Assembly (NCBI RefSeq): GCF_006345805.1
Contig: NW_021836288.1
Coordinates: forward strand, 1 to 24,955
Direction of reading: 5' to 3'
Source of the DNA: Octopus sinensis
Lineage: Eukaryota
Length of the DNA: 24,955 nucleotides
Made by a program: the position numbers and the translations under genes. Below, one piece after another: positions 22,573 to 24,955 of this stretch; position 1 is the stretch's first letter, and every line of letters begins with the position of its first letter. Under the pieces are notes generated by a model that was not told the DNA's origin, did not search any database, and saw only the letters and a program-made list of their open reading frames with translations.

Positions 22573-24041
22573 ATTAATTAGCTAGATAAAAAAAATCTAA
22601 TCTCAATAGAATCCAATAAATAATCTAAATTGGAGCCTTCCAGCTTATTGTAGGTTTACTGTAGATAAAACAAATACAAATCATTAAAACTTACAACACC
22701 TCTGATATCATGACTTTACTCAGAAAATTGCAAACTCAAATGCCAAATAGCTCTACTTTAGATTTTGTATAAGATACACAACTATTTGAGAATGTTTCTG
22801 AGAAAACTCAGTTACTTTCTTCTGTAAAACCAGTCTTTCTAGATATAGATGAGATTGTTGTAGTTGGCAACTTGGATCAATTCAGGGTCATTTTGGAACA
22901 GCTGCTAATTTGTATCTCCACATGTCTTGCCTCTCCTCAGACACTGTTAGATACACTTTCTTTTTGGCTTGTGGGTCTTGAACAAAACTAAAGATTGAAT
23001 TCTAAACCTGCCAATGTTGGCTTCTACACACAGCTTCCCAGAACGACATCATGTAGTACATGGCCTAGGATGTTACAGTACTGTTACTATGAACTGCATT
23101 GTCACTGTTAAATAAGTACGTAGCTCAAAATTGTATAATGATCAGCTTTGTCTATATTTGGTGATATGCAGAACAAATATTTTAAGCCAGTTTAATAAAC
23201 TAAACAGATTGACGGTGATTATCACACCACAGTTTACCTATTTACTTCTGTAAACATCATTATCTTAATACCTAATTATGTTTGCGTGAGAAATAAATAG
23301 CAGCAAGTATTAGGTAAGTACTTAGTTGCTGTCCTCACATTGAATAATGATGTCATTATAGTGTGTTGATATGTTCATCATTAACAGATGTTTTATTAAT
23401 AGTATCAACACTTGTACATATACACCGATTTCCCCTCTCTCTCCTTTCCTCCCTAGTAGTTGTGCTATATATAGAATATTTACTGTTAAGACTGAACAAA
23501 TTAAGACAGTATGTTGGAAATAATAACTATTGTTTAAAACTAAATTATAATTACATATGTTCAATTGAGTGATAAATATAGAAACAGTATTTCACTAAGA
23601 TATTTAAATCCAAGTTCAAATATTCTGTTGGTGGTTTTTGAGAAAAAAAATCTGTAAGAGTTTCAGTTGATATTGGATGATTCTAATCATTTTTGAAGAA
23701 AGAGAGCATACTACATCTGAACTATATTACCTTGCATTGCTAATGTCATCATTAGTCACCTACTCTGTAAACACAATGTTTTCTTAATAATGAAAACAAT
23801 CAAAACATAGAATGAGGTTAAAAGTTCAAATAACAATAATTGTTTAATAGTGTCTCATTTCAGAAATATCAAAACATAAATAATACAGTTCTATATTTAA
23901 GAGATGAGAAATTATGTACATTATTTACATTATTTACAATCGACGGATATTTGTCCTCATCTTGTTTGTTGTTAACACAATGTTTCATCAGGTGTCTTGG
24001 GGAAATTTCGAAACAGGGTTCTCATTCCTAAATTATTTTTT

Positions 24042-24102
24042 GGTGGTGGTGGTGGTTGTCATCGTCGTCATGTTGTTGTTGTTGCTGCTGCTGTTGTTGT
24101 TG
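24042..24102. repeat. Compound GGT/GTC/GTT/GCT microsatellite between the two PLE units
   Basis: Direct reading of the sequence. Confidence 0.9.
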
Positions 24103-24209
24103 TTTCAGAAATATCAAAACATAAATAATACAGTTCTATATTTAAGAGATGAGAAATTATGTACATTATTTACAATTGACGGATATTTGTCCTCATCTTG
24201 TTTATTGTT

Positions 24210-24255
24210 AACACAATGTTTCAGCTGATATATCCTCCAGCCTTCATCAGGTGTC
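24210..24255 (-). ncRNA. Minimal type I hammerhead ribozyme of the PLE unit, slightly decayed
   Basis: GACAC-CUGAUGA-A-GGCUG-GAGGAUAUAU-CAGCU-GAAAC-AUU-GUGUU. Stem I has 5 bp and stem II has 5 bp. Stem III reads AACAUU rather than the palindromic AACGUU. Confidence 0.78.
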
Positions 24256-24313
24256 TGGAGGGAATTTCGAACCTAGGTTCTCATTCCTAAGGTATTTTTT
24301 GATGTTGTTATTC

Positions 24314-24386
24314 AGGTCCCTGCCTGAATCAAAGTCACAGTCTTGGGGTTACTAGCCCGTGCTCTTAACTACTATGCCATATGCCC
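24314..24386 (-). promoter_or_regulatory. Degenerate tRNA-derived segment resembling tRNA-Thr(AGU); Pol III-type internal promoter
   Basis: GGGCATA TGGCATAGTAGTTAAGAGC ACGGG CTAGTAA CCCCA AGACTGTGACTTTGATTCAGGCAGGGACCT: 73 nt, A-box 10/11, CT-AGT-AA anticodon loop, degenerate B-box, broken acceptor stem. Not a functional tRNA. Confidence 0.7.
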
Positions 24387-24415
24387 GTGGGCAAATATGG
24401 AGTGAATTTTAGGGC

Positions 24416-24680
24416 TTATAAATCTAATAATTTCCTATCCTTCCTTAATACCAGTTCCCATATGCTGTTCATATCTGCACTCAGTCTGCTTAGGAGGTTG
24501 TTGTGTCCTAGCATATGTGGTGCTTCTTTTAGTTTTCGTATTTTCCAGTGGTGTTCTCTGTCTATTATTTTAACTTCATCCCACAGGGGGAGGTGGTCTC
24601 CATTTTTTTTCCATACATGATCAGCTATACCCAATTTATCAATATCTCCTATATCATGGCTTTATGATGTTCCTCTAACC
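24416..24680 (-). pseudogene. C-terminal fragment of a Penelope-type GIY-YIG endonuclease
   Basis: LEEHHKAM (frameshift) [46 protein letters not shown] matches the EH...A(D/E)H...W..VKI(L/I)D.E..W..R..KE..H pattern of PLE endonucleases. The GIY and YIG motifs themselves are truncated away. Confidence 0.8.
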
Positions 24681-24741
24681 TTATATGTATGTATATATAT
24701 ATTTATATGTATGTATATATATTTGTATGTATATATATATG

Positions 24742-24812
<71 letters not shown>
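24681..24812. repeat. Long (TA)n-rich microsatellite
   Basis: Direct reading of the sequence. Confidence 0.95.
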
Positions 24813-24814
<2 letters not shown>

Positions 24815-24855
24815 TAGCATTATGACCCGTCTTTGCCGGGTCATAGTGTGCTAGT
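24813..24855. other. 43-nt GC-richer hairpin embedded in TA repeats
   Basis: ACTAGCA/TGCTAGT (7 bp) and TATGACCCG/CGGGTCATA (9 bp) around a 7-nt loop. Confidence 0.8.
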
Positions 24856-24955
24856 GTATGTATATATGTGTACATATTACATGTACATCTATATATATAT
24901 ATACATCTATACATAAAATACAAAGTTATATCTAGATATCGCTAGTGATAACAAT

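Larger units (their letters stand above)
23858..24680 (-). mobile_element. 5'-truncated Penelope-like element with tandem terminal repeat units
   Basis: GIY-YIG C-terminus, then a tRNA-like segment and two tandem ~185-200-bp units (24103-24301 and 23858-24041) carrying hammerhead cores, all on the minus strand. Confidence 0.82.

Overview
AT-rich eukaryotic, repeat-dense non-coding DNA. The SINE sequences match octopus SINE families as I recall them (no search was run), so this is probably octopus (coleoid cephalopod) intron or intergenic sequence. No intact protein-coding gene is evident. Contents: two decayed mariner transposons (one full length, 1300 bp, with 37-bp TIRs and a TA duplication), two maT/DD37D-like remnants, a hAT-type non-autonomous element with a perfect 8-bp TSD and a nested SINE, a near full-length decayed RTE LINE, RTE-X-like and CR1-like LINE fragments, many tRNA/CORE-type SINE pieces, microsatellites and three long inverted repeats. 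The main signals are RNA-level. (1) A complete canonical type I hammerhead ribozyme (11976-12059, +) sits in a ~145-bp cassette bounded on both sides by (TA)n. (2) A Penelope-like element 3' end (23858-24680, -) shows, in one orientation, a GIY-YIG C-terminus, a tRNA-Thr-like Pol III-type head, and two tandem hammerhead-bearing units, one with stem II cleanly deleted. (3) The RTE 5' end has a multi-stem structure that may be a ribozyme. All family assignments come from motif recognition by eye.
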